Assembly (NCBI RefSeq): GCF_004010195.1
Contig: NC_057753.1
Span: forward strand, 5,313,435 to 5,377,434
Direction: 5' to 3'
DNA: 64,000 bases
Source of the DNA: Chiloscyllium plagiosum
Taxonomy: Eukaryota
The translations under genes and the position numbers were made by a program. Shown here piece by piece: positions 10,905 through 23,560 of this stretch (the first letter of the stretch is position 1; each line of letters starts with the position of its first letter). The notes beneath the pieces were generated by a model. The model saw only the letters and a list, made by a program, of their open reading frames with translations. It did not search any database and had not been told where the DNA came from.

Positions 10905-11480
10905 ATTAGCCTCATCAATCTTTCTGTGGCTTCTTCGAAAAATTCCAGCAAGTTAGTCAAATGCAATTTCTCCTTTGGAAATCCATGCTGTACTTCCTCA
11001 GCAACCCTCCTTTTCCCAAGTGACTACTATTTCAGTTCCAATTAATTGTATCTGCTCGTTTCTCCACCACTTGAGTTTAACGTGTTTGTTCCGTCATTGC
11101 TAGGCCTGTCTTTACAACCTTTATTGAACAAGGACAAAATGCCTGCAATTCTTAAGTCTTCTAGCAACTCTCCTGAGTCCAGCAAAGGCAGAAAGCCAAA
11201 GGCCAGTACCTCTGCAATTCCACTCTCACATCCTCGGACATATTTCATCCAATCCCGGTGCTTTGTCAACTTTAAGTGTCGCCATTCTATCCTACACTTC
11301 TTCCTGATTATTTTCAACTATTCCAGTGACAGATCTATCTCCTCGGTCACCATGGTCTGAGGTGCAGCTACATCTTTGGTAAAGACAACTGCAAACTTCC
11401 CATTTAACGCCTCAGCTAAGCTTCATGCCTCACGTGGAAATACCATTTTTGATCCCTAAATCGTATTATTACCATACTTT
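10905..11480 (-). mobile_element. Old CR1 LINE fragment
   Basis: LTNLLEFFEEAT and GELLEDLRIAGILSLFNKG motifs. Confidence 0.75.
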
Positions 11481-11717
11481 TACTTTTGATCTGCTGTCTG
11501 AAGGATTCAGTAAGTAGGGATCAGAATGTGTTGTGGTGACTGAAGCCAATGAGTTTCATCTTGCCAATTTTTAGTTCTAGCACTGGTTGTGTGATAAGTA
11601 ATTTGATAAACTAGGAAAAGTGGAAGACTAGTGCTTCCAAATAAACCTGTTGGACTATAACTTGGTGCTGTGTGATTTTCAACTTTGTCCACCCCAGTCC
11701 AACATTGGTACCTCCAA

Positions 11718-13980
11718 GTCATAAAGGTGTACAGCACAGAAACAGACCCTTCAGTCCAACTTGTCTGTGCAGACCAGATATCCTAAACCAATCTAGTCCC
11801 ATTTGGCCCATATCCATCTATTCACATACCCAGCCAGATGACTTTTAAATGTTGTAATTGTACCAATTTTCACGACCTCCTCTGGCATCTTGTTCCATAA
11901 ACGCACCATCCTCTGCATGAAGACATTGCCCCTCAGGTCTCTTTTTGCTCTCACCTTAAATCTATGCAAACTAATTTTGGACTCCCCTAGCCTAGGAAAA
12001 AGACCTTGACTATGCACCCTATCCACGTCCCTCATGATTTTATAAACCTCAAAACAATCCCTCAGCCTCTGACACTCCATGGAAAAAAAACCCCCAGCCT
12101 ATTCAGCCTCTCCCTATAATTCAAACCCTCCAATCCCTGTAACGTCCTTGGAAATCTTTTCTGCACCCTCAATCTTTCAAGTTTAACAACGTTTTTCCTA
12201 TAACAGGGAGACGAGAATTGAATGCAGTATTCCAAAGTGGTCTTAGCAATGTCTCTACAGTTGCAACATGACATCACGACTCCTATCGTCAATGCACTGA
12301 CCAATGAAGGCAACCCTGTCAAGTGCCTTAGTCTACCTGTGACTTCACTTTCAAGGATCTATTTATCTGTACCCCTACATCTCTTTGTTCAGCAATACAC
12401 CCCAGTGTCCTGCCATTAACCGTATAAGTCCTGCCCTGGTTTGCCTTACCAAAATGCAGCACCTCGTATTTATCTAAATTAAACTCCATCTGCCACTCCT
12501 TGGTCCATGTCATCAAGATCCCATGGTGCTCTGAGAGAACCTTCTTTGCTGTCCACTGCACCACCAATTTTGATGTCATCCGCAAACTTAGTAACTGTAT
12601 CTCCTATAGTCACATCCAAATCATTTATATAAATGACCAAAAGCAGTCAACCCAACACTGAACCTTGGCAGACACTGCTAGTCACAGGCCTCCAGTCTGA
12701 AAAACAACTCTCTACTACCACCTTCTGTCTTCTACCTTCAAGCCAATTTTGTATCCGATCGGCCAGCTCTCGCTGGATTCCACGTGAACTAACCTTACTG
12801 ATCAGTCCATCATACGGAACCTTGTCACGTGCTTCCCTGAAGTCCAAATAGATAACAATTACCACCTTCTTCAATCTTCTTTGTCAACAGAAACATGTTG
12901 ACTATCCCTAACCAGTCCTTGCCTTTCCAAATGCAGGCATACCTTCCCTCAGAAACCCTTCCAGCAACTTGTGCAATACTTTCGTAAGGCACATCAGTCT
13001 ATAGTTCCCTGGGTTTTCCTTACTGCCATTATTAAATAGTGGCACCACATTAGCCAAACTCCAGCCTTCCAGCACCTCACCCATGACTGTCAATAATATA
13101 AGTATCTCAGCAAAGGGGCCCAGCAATCTTTTCTCTAGCTTCCCACAACGTTCTGGCATTCACATGATCAGGTACAGGGGGTTATATACCTTTATGTATT
13201 TTAAGTTCTCCAGCACCTCTTCTTCTGTAACACGGACACTTTGCAAGACATCACTATCTATTATCCCAGGATGTGTGGCTTCTATTTCTTTCTCCACAGT
13301 AAATACTAATGTGAAATACATGGTGGCTCAGTGGTTAGCATTGCTGCCGCACAGGGTCAGGGACCAGGATTCAATCCCAGCCTTGGACGACTGTCTGTGT
13401 GGAGTTTGCACATTTCCCCCCGTGTCTGCGTGGGTTTGCTTCAGTTTCCTCTCACAGTCCAAAAATGTGCAGAATAGGTGAATTAGCCATGCTAAATGGC
13501 CCATAGTGGTCAAGGATGTATAGGTTAGGTTCATTAGTCAGGGGGAAAATGTAGGGGAATGGGTCCAGGGTGGGCTACTCTTCAGAGGGTCAGTGTGGAC
13601 TTGTTGGGCTGAAGGGCCTGTTTCCGCACTGTATGGATTCTATGAAATATTCATACATCTCCTGGGGTTTGACACACAGACCACTTTGTTGATCTTTACG
13701 GCGCTGTGTTCTTTTCCTCGTTACTCTTTTGTCGTTCATGTATTTGTGGAATCTCTTTGGCTTCTCCTTAATCCTATTTGCCAAAGCTATCTCATGTCCC
13801 TTTTTGTCCTCCTGATTTCCCTCTCTTACTGCCCTTATATTCCTCTCGGAATTCACTTGATCCCAACTGTCTTTACCCGACACATTCTTTCTTCTTTTCC
13901 TTGACCTCAATTTCTGTCATCATTCTGATGCATTTCCTACATCTATCAGATACCTAGCCCTATGCACGAAGAGTAACATA
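11718..13980 (-). mobile_element. CR1/HER1 LINE, about 2.2-kb ORF2 fragment
   Basis: Collinear frameshifted motifs GEVLEGWSLANVVPLF, VIYLDF, WQMEFNLDK, then 3' tail. Confidence 0.9.
13321..13643 (+). mobile_element. HE1-type SINE inside CR1
   Basis: TGGTGGCTCAGTGGTTAGC head to GGGCCTGTTTCCGCACTGTA tail. Confidence 0.9.
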
Positions 13981-14103
13981 TTATCTCTGAACTCTCATTA
14001 TCTCATTTTTAAAGGCCTTCCATTTTCCAACCATCCCTTTAACTGTGAACAGGATATTAGTCTATGTAAAAACCATCACACTATTTTTGGATCATGTCAC
14101 TTA

Positions 14104-14432
14104 GGGGTGGCACGATGGCTCAGCAGTTAGCACTGCTGCCTCACAGTACCAGGCTCCCAGGTTCGTTTCCAGCCTCGGGCAATGTCTGTGTGGAGTTTGC
14201 ACATTCTCCCTGTGTCTAAGCGGGTTTCCTCCCACAGTCCAAAGATGAGCAGGTTAGGGTGAATTGGCCGTGCTAAATTGCCCATAGTGTTCAGGGATGT
14301 GCAGGTTAGGTGCAGTGGTCGGGGTAAATGTAGGATAATATTATAGGGGAATAGGCCTGGCTGGGTTACTCTTCGAAGGCTCGGTGTGGACTTGTTGGGC
14401 CAAAGGGCCTGTTTCCATACTGTAGGGATTCT
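14104..14432 (+). mobile_element. HE1-type SINE
   Basis: GGGGTGGCACGATGGCTCAG head, GGGCCTGTTTCCATACTGTAGGGATTC tail. Confidence 0.9.
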
Positions 14433-14847
14433 TTGAGGAAAAGGATGGACACAGGATATATTTCAAGAGGAACCTAATACAAGACTTTGGAGATAAAGTG
14501 ATGATGGAGTTGAGTTGGTAATTTGGAATGACGGTAGGATCAATTTTTTTTTAAGTTGGGTGATGATAGTGAAGTTAAGCAGGAAGGGGGGCAGCACAAG
14601 GAGAGAACTGTAAGCAGTATGGGAAAGTTGGGTTGTCAGAATCAGAGAATCTGATCAAGGGAGCAGAGGTGGGTCTCATTGACAAGAGCAACTCGAACAG
14701 GGCAGGAGAGAAGAGGGAAGAGGAACTCGAGGAACCAGCAAGGAGCAAGAAGGAATGTTGGAGGCAGTTTGGCCAAATAGGCAAGTGAAAGGACAATGGT
14801 CTCAATGTTAGCGTGAAAGAAACTGTGCAAACTCCATACACTTGTCT

Positions 14848-15495
14848 AGATTAGATTAGATTCCCTACAGTATGGAAACAGGCCCTTTGGCCCAACAAGT
14901 CCACACTGACCCTCCGAAGAGTAACCCACCCAGATCCACCCCCCCCAATAATTTACCCCTGACTAACGCACATAACACGATGGGCAATGTAGCATGGTCA
15001 ATTCACCCTAACCTGCACATCTTTGGACTGTGGGAGGGAACCGGAGCACCCGGAGGAAACCCACGCAGACACGGGGAGAATGTGCAAACTCCACACAGAC
15101 AGTTAGATTACATTACAGTGTGGAAACAGGCCCTTCGGCCCAACAAGTCCACACCGACCCGCCGAAGCGCAACCCACCCATACCCCTACATTTACCCCTT
15201 ACCTAACACTACGGGCAATTTAGCATGGCCAATTCACCTGACCCTGCACATCTTTGGACTGTGGGAGGAAACCGGAGCACCCGGAGGAAACCCATGCAGA
15301 CACGGAGAGAACGTGCAAACTCCACACAGTCAGTCGCCTGAGGCGGGAATTGAACCCGGGTCTCAGGCGCTGTGAGGCAGCAGTGCTAACCACTGTGCCA
15401 CCGTGCCGCCCACAAGTTGCCTGAGGCTGGAATTGAACCTGGGTACCTGGTGCTGTGAGACAGCAGTGCTAACCACTGAGCCACCGTGCCGCCCC
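14848..15495 (-). mobile_element. SINE-in-SINE: HE1 SINE (14848-15101 + 15415-15495) with a younger HE1 SINE at 15102-15412
   Basis: Outer copy breaks at CACAGACAG and resumes at TTGCCTGAGGCTGG; inner copy is complete and close to the 5255 copy. Confidence 0.9.
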
Positions 15496-15727
15496 TTTAG
15501 TGGAGGTAAGGATGGAGGAGAGCCCTTGTAAAGAATATAAGTTGTTGGAGATTTTAAAAAGACTCAACACCCTGTGTTTCGCAAAAAGCCGAATTACCTC
15601 GACTTTTATTCGAAACATCTGCTCTCCCGCAACTGGGCTGCGGCTTATGAACACCAGCGGAAATAGACCCCCAGTGAACAAGGTTCAGTCCTGCACGTGA
15701 TTAAACGACATCATCCAATCACCAATG

Positions 15728-16597
15728 TCACTGGTGAACCCGCTGGTGTGTCAGCTGGCTAGACGAGGTTGTGAATCCCTTCCCGCACTCGGAGCAGGTG
15801 AACGGCCTCTCCCCAGTGTGAACGCGCTGATGTACGGTGAGGTCAGATGATCGCCTGAACCCAGCCCCACAGCGAGAGCACCTGAACGGTCTCTCGTCAG
15901 TGTGAACACGTTGATGGGACATCAGCTCCGCGGAACTTTTATAGCTCTTCCCACAGTCTTCGCATCTGAAGGGCCTTTCATTCTTGTGAACGCGTTGGTG
16001 CCTCAGCAGGTTGGACAGCTGAGTGAAGCCCTTCCCACACTCGGAGCAGGTGAACGGCCTCTCCCCAGCATGGATCTGCTTGTGTCTCAGCAGGTCGGAT
16101 GACCGAGTGAATCCTTTGCCACAAGCTGAGCAGCTGAAGGGTCTCTCCCCGGTGTGACTGCGCTGGTGGACAGTGAGGTGTGAAGATTGTCTGAACCCGG
16201 CGCCGCAGTGAGAGCAGCGGAACGGTCTCTCCCCGTTGTGGACCCGTTGGTGTTTCAGCAGGTGGGATGATCGAATGAATCCCTTCCCACACTCCGAGCA
16301 GGTGAAAGGCCTCTCGCCAGTGTGAAGCCGCTGATGCGTCAGCAGTTCGGCCGACTTAGTGAATCCCTTCCCACACTCAAGGCAGGTGAATGGCCTCTCC
16401 CCGGTGTGAGTGCGCTGATGGATTTCCACTTCGAAGGGGTAGTTGAAGCCCTTCCCACAGTCCCTGCATTTCCATGGTTTGTCCCCAATGTGACTGCGCT
16501 TGTGCCTCGACAGGCCAGAGGAGCGGTTGAAGCCTTGCCCGCATTCAGAACAAGTGTACCTCTTCTCCCCATCCCGAATGGTGCTTTTTCCTTCCAT
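15728..16597 (-). CDS. C2H2 zinc-finger protein, 10 tandem fingers, 289 aa, no visible effector domain
   Basis: Open frame MEGKSTI followed by 10 CxxC..H..H fingers with TGERPF-type linkers; candidate splice acceptor TTTTCCAG|G at 16691, so an upstream coding exon cannot be excluded. Confidence 0.9.
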   Translation of the reverse strand: MEGKSTIRDGEKRYTCSECGQGFNRSSGLSRHKRSHIGDKPWKCRDCGKGFNYPFEVEIHQRTHTGERPFTCLECGKGFTKSAELLTHQRLHTGERPFTCSECGKGFIRSSHLLKHQRVHNGERPFRCSHCGAGFRQSSHLTVHQRSHTGERPFSCSACGKGFTRSSDLLRHKQIHAGERPFTCSECGKGFTQLSNLLRHQRVHKNERPFRCEDCGKSYKSSAELMSHQRVHTDERPFRCSRCGAGFRRSSDLTVHQRVHTGERPFTCSECGKGFTTSSSQLTHQRVHQ

Positions 16598-16745
16598 GTC
16601 CAAAACCCGACGATACTCAGATCCTGATGAAATGAGCGCCTCCGTCAATTCTTGGCGTTTCCTGCCTGAAAACTGACCTGTTCCGAAGCCCTGGAAAACG
16701 TATTTAAAACAAGGCAAAAAAAACAGCACTGAGAGAATCCAGTAC

Positions 16746-16915
16746 GAGAACGTGAGGATCGCAGATGCCGGAGATCAGAGTCGAGAGAGTGGTGCTGGAA
16801 AAGCACTGCAGGTTCAGGCAGCATCAGCTCCGATTCCTGATGAAGGGCTCATGCCTGAATCGATTCCCCTGCTCCTCGGGTGCTGCCTGTGCTTTTCCAG
16901 CACCACACTCTCAAC
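16746..16915. mobile_element. Degenerate PLE-derived inverted insert
   Basis: GTGGTGCTGGAAAAGCAC mirrored by GTGCTTTTCCAGCACCAC; decayed CCTGATGAAGGGC core. Confidence 0.7.
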
Positions 16916-16975
16916 ACAGAGAATCCATAAACACAAAGGCAGGCTGGGCAGTGGAGGTGAAAGAATTTGGTAGTT

Positions 16976-17434
16976 TGTGAGGCAGGCGTTGGGGATAAAC
17001 GTAACCATGAAAGATGACCTCATAAAAACTGGAATGGAAAATTAACAAAATTAACATTTACTGTGAAATCTGAAAGAGAATACTTTGCTAAATTTAATAC
17101 TTTGCTGAATCTTGCAGGTAGACAGCCTGGGTTTGCTGAACTTTGCAAGCAGACAACCTGATCTTGCAAGCAGCCAAATTCAGCAAAGTCAGGGGAAACA
17201 TAAAGACATAAGCAATTATATCAACAGCAAAGGAATGAGCTCAAATGTTCCCAGCTCTTGTCCTTGAGCGTGTGATCAGGATAAGCGAAAAATAGTATAA
17301 AGAGAATATGTGAAAATTGTTCAGGGCCCTTACATAAGGCGTTTTTGCCAAGTGTATTGGGCCTGCTGCAGAGGTTACAATAAAGCTTTTTCTTTGCTCT
17401 TGCCAGCATTTGAGTCGAGTCGATTTGATTTCGA
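16976..17434 (+). mobile_element. Probable solo LTR
   Basis: TG...CA ends, internal short repeats, TATAAAG at about 17296, AATAAA at about 17379; no clear TSD. Confidence 0.45.
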
Positions 17435-18049
17435 CAAAAACCCATTGGTTTGTTGATGTCTTTCAGGGGAGGGCACCCAGTTTGGACTTACATAAGACTC
17501 TGGCCTCTCTGGGAGAAAGACAGCTGGGAAGAGGAGAAAAGGGAGATAGACTTCAAACATCGATAGCTCAACCAAATGTTTGACAGAATCTCTCAAAACC
17601 ACAAACACGGCCATTGGAAAGACACTGGAGGGAGAACAGATTTAACGTTCCAAGTCCGACAGGACTCTTTTACAGACATTTTTTTCATATTTAACATCAC
17701 ACTGATCCTGCATGAGCTACTATTTGACGAAGCAATTCCCAACCTTGTGCCGATTTGGTCTGAAGAGACATTTCTACATTCATTCCTGAAAAGTCTGTCT
17801 CTCTTTTTCTGTCTATGTCCCCTCACCCTGGTTTTTCCAAACAGTGGTAATAGTTCTGGTTCCTTTCTTATCAACATCACCAGTTCTAATTTACATCCTG
17901 AAAGCTTTGATCAAATCAGCTTTTAACCTTTTGAATTTCAGGAATATATCCCTCAAATTAGGAAATTCTGGAAAAGAAATATCAGCAGATATAGCAGCTT
18001 CTGCACAGAGAGAAACAAAGTTAACATTTCAAGATTTTTTTAGAATGTA

Positions 18050-18790
18050 CAACGAGGTGAAACATTTTGGCACAAGGAATAGGGTCAGTGGCTATATATT
18101 AAATTTTAGAGATGTATAGAGTGTGCAGGACTTGGGGGATAATGTGCAAAACCCTTAAAGGTAATGGGATATATTGAGAAAAGTTCGCAAAATATATGAC
18201 ATCTTTGGCTTCATAAATAGAAGTTTATGAGAACAAACTCAGGGAAACTATACTGGCTGAATAAAGGAAATTTAGTTACACGGTTAGTTTGGGTTTGTTC
18301 AGCTTTAAGAAAAGGATTTGGGGTGAGATTTCATAAAAGTGTACAAGATTTAAACAGAAACAAAATCAGAAGTTACTAGAAAAGCTCAGCAGGTCTGCCA
18401 GCATCGGTGAACAGAAATCAGAGTTAACATTTTGAGTCTGGTGACTCTGTTTAAACAGGTTTAGATTAGGATGACAAAAGAAATGCTCTTTCCAGTGGAT
18501 GATGCCACAAAGATTAGGGGATACAGGTTTAAGGTGTTGGGAAAGAAATAACAGGTCAAGAATTATTCATTATGCACTGACTGGTAATATGCAGAATCTG
18601 CTGCCTATAAGGGTGGCAGAATTGATTCTATTAATGACTGATGAAGGAAATTGGGTGAACACTTGACAGGAAATAAACTTGCACGGCTTTGAGTAAAGAG
18701 CAAGAGTTTGGGACTGACTGGATCATCCTGCAGAGAGCTGGCATGGATTGAATAGGTTTAATGTCCACTTTCTGTACCATAATGAATCTA
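18050..18790 (+). mobile_element. Old CR1 LINE 3' fragment
   Basis: EVKHFG motif, GATACAGGTTTAAGGT, decayed tail. Confidence 0.6.
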
Positions 18791-18799
18791 TGGCAGATT

Positions 18800-19350
18800 T
18801 ACTTAACATCTGCTCACAGCCTAACCATACTGACGGTATGGTCTAAATAGGACTTTGCATACTTTTACAACCACATTTGTATCTGAAATCTTTTCCGACA
18901 GAACGAACCTTTTTCCTTCCACTGTCAAATGCCGTTGATATCCAGGTCCTAGTTTGATCTTGATGTTTAAAAAAAAATCAATCATTCAGGGACAAGACCC
19001 TCAGTGGCTACGGCAATGATTATTCCCAATCTCCAACTGCCCTGGAGAAAATGGTGGTGAAGATCCTCCACTGCAGTCTTTAACGGGTAGTATACCACGG
19101 TGCTGTTACGAAGTGGTTTGGTTGGAGTGTCCCGTCCACGAATCCTTCCCATTCAACTGCAATACTGCAAGAGTATTTTGCAAAACAAAAATCCCTCACT
19201 GTCAGTCCAGGATAGAAATTCAGAACAGACAAACATTGTTCTCGGTTTTGAGTGGGCTGCCTGTGAATACTCCCCTTCTAACCCTCTGCCAAAGGATTTT
19301 ACAAAAAAAAAACAACAAATTCCCTCACTCACAGTTCAGGAGCAAAACTG
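18800..19350 (-). pseudogene. Decayed ZNF coding-exon 5' leader and intron remnant
   Basis: Reverse complement GGACCTGGATATCAACGGCATTTGACAGTGGAAGGAAAAAGG resembles leaders at 16600-16630, 27860, 42240 and 60170. Confidence 0.45.
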
Positions 19351-19389
19351 AGAAGGGGTGAACATCTCTCTTGGTCTGAGTGACCTGTC

Positions 19390-20100
19390 AAAGGCAGCGC
19401 ATGCGCCCTGCGGCATATTGCCCCCTACAAATAGAGCGCCCACGCCAATGCCCCGCGGAACAATGACCCCAACAATGATGGCGACAGTAACAGGGGCCCA
19501 TCAGCTTCCCGGGACCCGCAGCTGTTTTCCTATTTGCTGCAAGCGGAAGGACCGGGAGTTCCTGATTTGGATCTGAGCGCCTAGATCGGGTGTTTATGAG
19601 CCCTCTAAGGTCTCGAATTCATTTGCACTCCCCGTTATTCCTCTACTAGCTCTTTTCCCTCCTTCGGCTCCTGCAATTGCCCAGACTTCAGCCTTTTGCG
19701 TCTGCGCAGGAGCGACGCACGAGTGTGGACGGTCACGCGGCTTTCCCACTCCAGCTCCGCCCCTCTATGCCTATTGGCCACAACCATTGCCAATCACGCG
19801 GACCCGTTTGTGAGGGGATGCGCCACCCGAAGTTCCTGATCGTTCCCAGCGTTTTCTATTGTCCACTGGAGTTGCAGGCTATGCGTCTGCTCAGGGTTTC
19901 GCCCGTGTGTGGACGGTCACGTGCCTTTCACCCAGTCCGGGGCTCGTCCCTGAAGCCCCTCACACCCCCTCTATGACTATTGGCCAGAAGCACTGTCAAT
20001 CACCCGGACCCGATTGTGAGGTAATGCTGACGTTGCCCGAGGTGACACTGAGTTCTGATTGTTCCCAGTATTTTCTATTGTCCATTGGAACTGGGGGGGG
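19390..20100. promoter_or_regulatory. CpG-rich promoter island with tandemly duplicated module
   Basis: GCGCATGCGC at about 19397, GCCCCCTACAAA at 19420, GATGGCG at 19477, duplicated E-box-like/CCAAT module 19722-19870 and 19908-20090. Confidence 0.55.
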
Positions 20101-20344
20101 GTCAGGTGTCACATGATCAGGTTACTGTTTACTGACCTCCCCAAGGCAGGGATTAGCTCCTTCACTGACCCCCAAGGTACGGATTGGCATCTCTACTGTT
20201 CCCAGGATTGGGGTTTGCAGCTTTACTGTTTGCAGAACAGAGGTTAGCACCTTCTGTGTCCCCAGAACTGGGATTAGCACATTTACTTTGAAGGAGAAAA
20301 ATCCACCTTCTATCCCGAATCCCTGTTTACAGTACCTCCGGGTG

Positions 20345-20650
20345 ACCATAAAATATAGGAGCAGAAGTAAAGCATTGAGCCCATCAAGGTCAGCTCTGCC
20401 ATTTGATAATGGCTGACCATGGTTTGCAAACACATTCTCCTGCCTCCTTCCCCTCATGAAGCAAGAAGCTATGTACATCTGTCTTAAACATACTCAATGA
20501 CTTGGCCTCCACAGCCCTATGTGGCACTGAGGACGGCAGGGTCACCACCACCTTTTGGCTGAAGAAATTCCTCTTCAAAGTAGTTCTAAAGGGCCGTCCC
20601 TTCAACCTGAGGCCATGTGATGGGTCCTAAACTCTCCTACTAGAGGAAAC
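20345..20650 (-). mobile_element. CR1 LINE 3' end
   Basis: KGRPFRTTLKRNFFSQKVV...AVEAKSLSMFK and tail. Confidence 0.8.
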
Positions 20651-20770
20651 TAAAACAACTGGGTGGAAGATGGTCTGACCCTTTATTATTATGTGGAGCA
20701 TCCTTAACACTGATCCAGCTCCCAAAGAGCCAGCTGTCAGAGTGAACAGGGTGTCTGACAATCCTGTTCA

Positions 20771-21122
20771 CTCTTTTTTTTCCTTCCCCACACGACCGGT
20801 GTTCATCCAATTCTGCCTCTAATGGTAGGATGTTAGGCGGTAGTGCTTATTTTACCCCAGCACCCATGTTGTGTATGCAGGTGTCGGACACAGTGGAAAA
20901 ATAACAAGCGAGTAAATCTTTATTTATATTCCACCACCAGGAAAAAAGGAAACACCCGAGTGGCTAGTGACAAGCAGTGCCCTTCTCGAGAGAGGGCAAT
21001 GTTGCATGATCAAAAGGTGAAGGGGAGGGGGAAGGGATTAGATCAAAATAGATTTGGAGGGGGAAATAAAACACTCCACTCCCTGCCCATCACTCCCTGA
21101 AAATCTCAAGGGTGTTGGTGGA
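20771..21122 (-). mobile_element. Non-LTR retroposed 3' end (L1/Tx1-like) inserted in the Gypsy LTR
   Basis: 13-bp TSD ACAATCCTGTTCA at 20758-20770 and 21123-21135; T-run at left end; AATAAA on minus strand. Confidence 0.6.
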
Positions 21123-21977
21123 ACAATCCTGTTCAAATCTGTCATCCAGGGCTCCCTGATTGGACTGGTTTAATAGCCCCAATCATGGGAACTCATATTC
21201 TGGCTGACCTCATTACAATCACTACATTCCTCCCTCTTTCAGTCCAAGGACATAGGCTGATCCTTTCTCTTTAGCTCCTCCAGGGGTGTTTCACCACTGG
21301 TTCACGCTCATCCAACTCTGCCTCTGATACAGATTAAATGCAATGCACAGTAGTTCATCTGTTGTGCCTGGACCGTCTTGGAAGACCCATTCTCATTTTT
21401 CAGTGACGACATCCACTGTGTCCAACTCAGATTTCGAGGTACCACCAATGCTTGATAGAGAAGTAGACACATGGATTCTGGAACAGTCAGAAAGGCTGTC
21501 GCGGTGCAGGGCATGTTTTGCCCTTGCACTATTTGCAAGTTTGCAGCTTTCATATGGTCCACATGCTTGTTTAGAACTGTTGCACCAACTCAAACTATAT
21601 ATGTCAATGGACCTGACCTCGCATCCTCTTGCCCCTGCAAGGCCATTCCTGTGGCCCCTACACCAAACTTCAATGCCTGAAGTAAACTGTCCCAATTAGC
21701 AGGGTCTTGTGACCAGCCATGGCATTCCTGATGGCTCTCTCTATCACCAACCCACTCCCTCAAAAATCTGGGAGGATCAGATTTGACCTTCTCCTCATTT
21801 GCAACTCTGCTGCAGCCATCCCTATAAGCAAATGGGAACTGGGACTGTTTGATAGCTAGAGAAGCTGTAGGCTGTTTAATAAGCCTGCCTTCAAGGTTTG
21901 GACAGGTCTTTCTGCCAGACCATTGGATGAATGATGGTATGGAGCTGTGCTTATATGTTGGATACCATTCGACTTTA

Positions 21978-22280
21978 GAATTAGAATCCCAACAGTGTGG
22001 AAACAGGCCCTTTGGCCCAACAAGTCCCTCCAAAGCGTAACCCACTCAGACCAATTCCTCATCCCTATATTTACCCCAGACTAAAGCACCTAGCCTTCAC
22101 ATCCCTGAACACCTAACCTGCGCATCTTTGGATTGTGGGAGGAAGCTGGAGCACCTGGACGAAACCTACGCAGGCATTGGGAGAATGTGCAAACTCCACA
22201 CAGACAGTCGCCCGAGGTCGGAATTGAACCCGGGTCCCTGGCGCTGTGAGGCAGCAGTGCTAACCACTGAGCCATGGTGG
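21978..22280 (-). mobile_element. HE1-type SINE in Gypsy integrase
   Basis: Full reverse-complement SINE. Confidence 0.9.
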
Positions 22281-23240
22281 CGTTTCCTTTACTCAAATAT
22301 AATACTGGTAAATGATGGCTCGTGATCTGTGATCAACACTTCCAGGAGTCCTTGTATTGCAAAAGATGTATATAGCTTTTCTACCATTGTCCCTGTGTTT
22401 GACGAATGAACTCTATGCATGTCCAGCCACACTGAGTGCACACCCACAATGACTAAGAACACTGAGCCCCTTGAAAGGAACTGGATGGTCAATGCGTAAC
22501 CCGGTTTACCCGGTCAATCCCACGAATGTGGTGGATCTGCTGGCAGGAAGTTTTGTTCTTGTTGGCATTCTGGGCACTGCCCCACCAATGCAGCTATGGT
22601 CTGTGTCAAATGCTGGCCCCTAAGCATAACTTCATGCCAACATCTTCACATTGGAAGCTCCGGGATGGCCCTGTTGGAGTTCAGCCAGTATCTGCTGGAG
22701 ACCTTTGCTTCCCGTAGTAATATGCTGTCGTCTACTGTGATCTGGTCTCTCTCTGGATTCAGAGAGGTTTCAGTTCTTGTTTTCTCAACCTCTTGGATCC
22801 CCCCATCACCACCAGCTGTTTCAGTTGTGCCAGGACAGGATGTCTCTGTGTCTGAAGTCTGAAATTGTCAACTGTGGCCGGGAGTATGTCCACAAAATTT
22901 AAAACCATTACAGACTTTTCCTGTGGCGGTGCTACCAGTGGTTTATCTGCCAACAGGAAGTGGCTCAATGCATTTGCAACTAGCCATCCGGACAGTGTTC
23001 CAACTTGTAATTAAATGCACTTCAGATGAAAGCCATTGCTATGGTCTGAAGCTATGGTTGGCACTGCATTGTCCTCTTTAAATAGACTTAGCAGGGCCTT
23101 ATTGTCCTTTATTGTTACACATTTATATCCATAAAGGTATTGGTGGAACTTCCTGACTCCAAACATGACTGCCGAATCTTTCTTCGCTATCTGGGCATAT
23201 TTATGCTCTGAATTAGCCAAAGTCCTGGATGCATAGTCCT

Positions 23241-23560
23241 GGGGTGGCACGGTGGCTCAGTGGTTAGCACTGCTGCCTCACAGCGCCAGTGTCCCAGGTT
23301 CGATTCCAGCCTCGGGCGACTGTCCGTGTGGAGTTTGCACATTCTCCCCGTGACTGTGTGGGTTTCCTCCGGGTGCTCTGGTTTCCTCCCACAGTCCAAA
23401 AGATGTGCAGGTTAGGGTGAATTGGTCAGGCTAAATTGCCCACAGTGTTAGGTGCATTAGTCAGAGGGAAATGGGACTGGGTGTGTTACTCTTCGGAGGG
23501 TCGATGTGGAGTGGTTGGCCGAAGGGCCTGTTTCCAAACTGTAGGGAATCTAATCTAATC
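23241..23560 (+). mobile_element. HE1-type SINE in Gypsy RNase H
   Basis: GGGGTGGCACGGTGGCTCAG head, (AATCT)n tail. Confidence 0.95.

Noticed and set aside
14440..14830. Purine-rich stretch possibly an L2 remnant
   Set aside because: No diagnostic motif could be confirmed by eye.
14872..15375. 167-aa ORF and many similar METGP/MDCGRKPEH/MYSMETDPS ORFs
   Set aside because: Translations of SINE or antisense CR1 sequence.
16598..16729. N-terminal 44 aa of the 333-aa ORF call
   Set aside because: Non-ATG start that runs through a pyrimidine tract and splice acceptor; paralogues begin at ME(G/A)xST.
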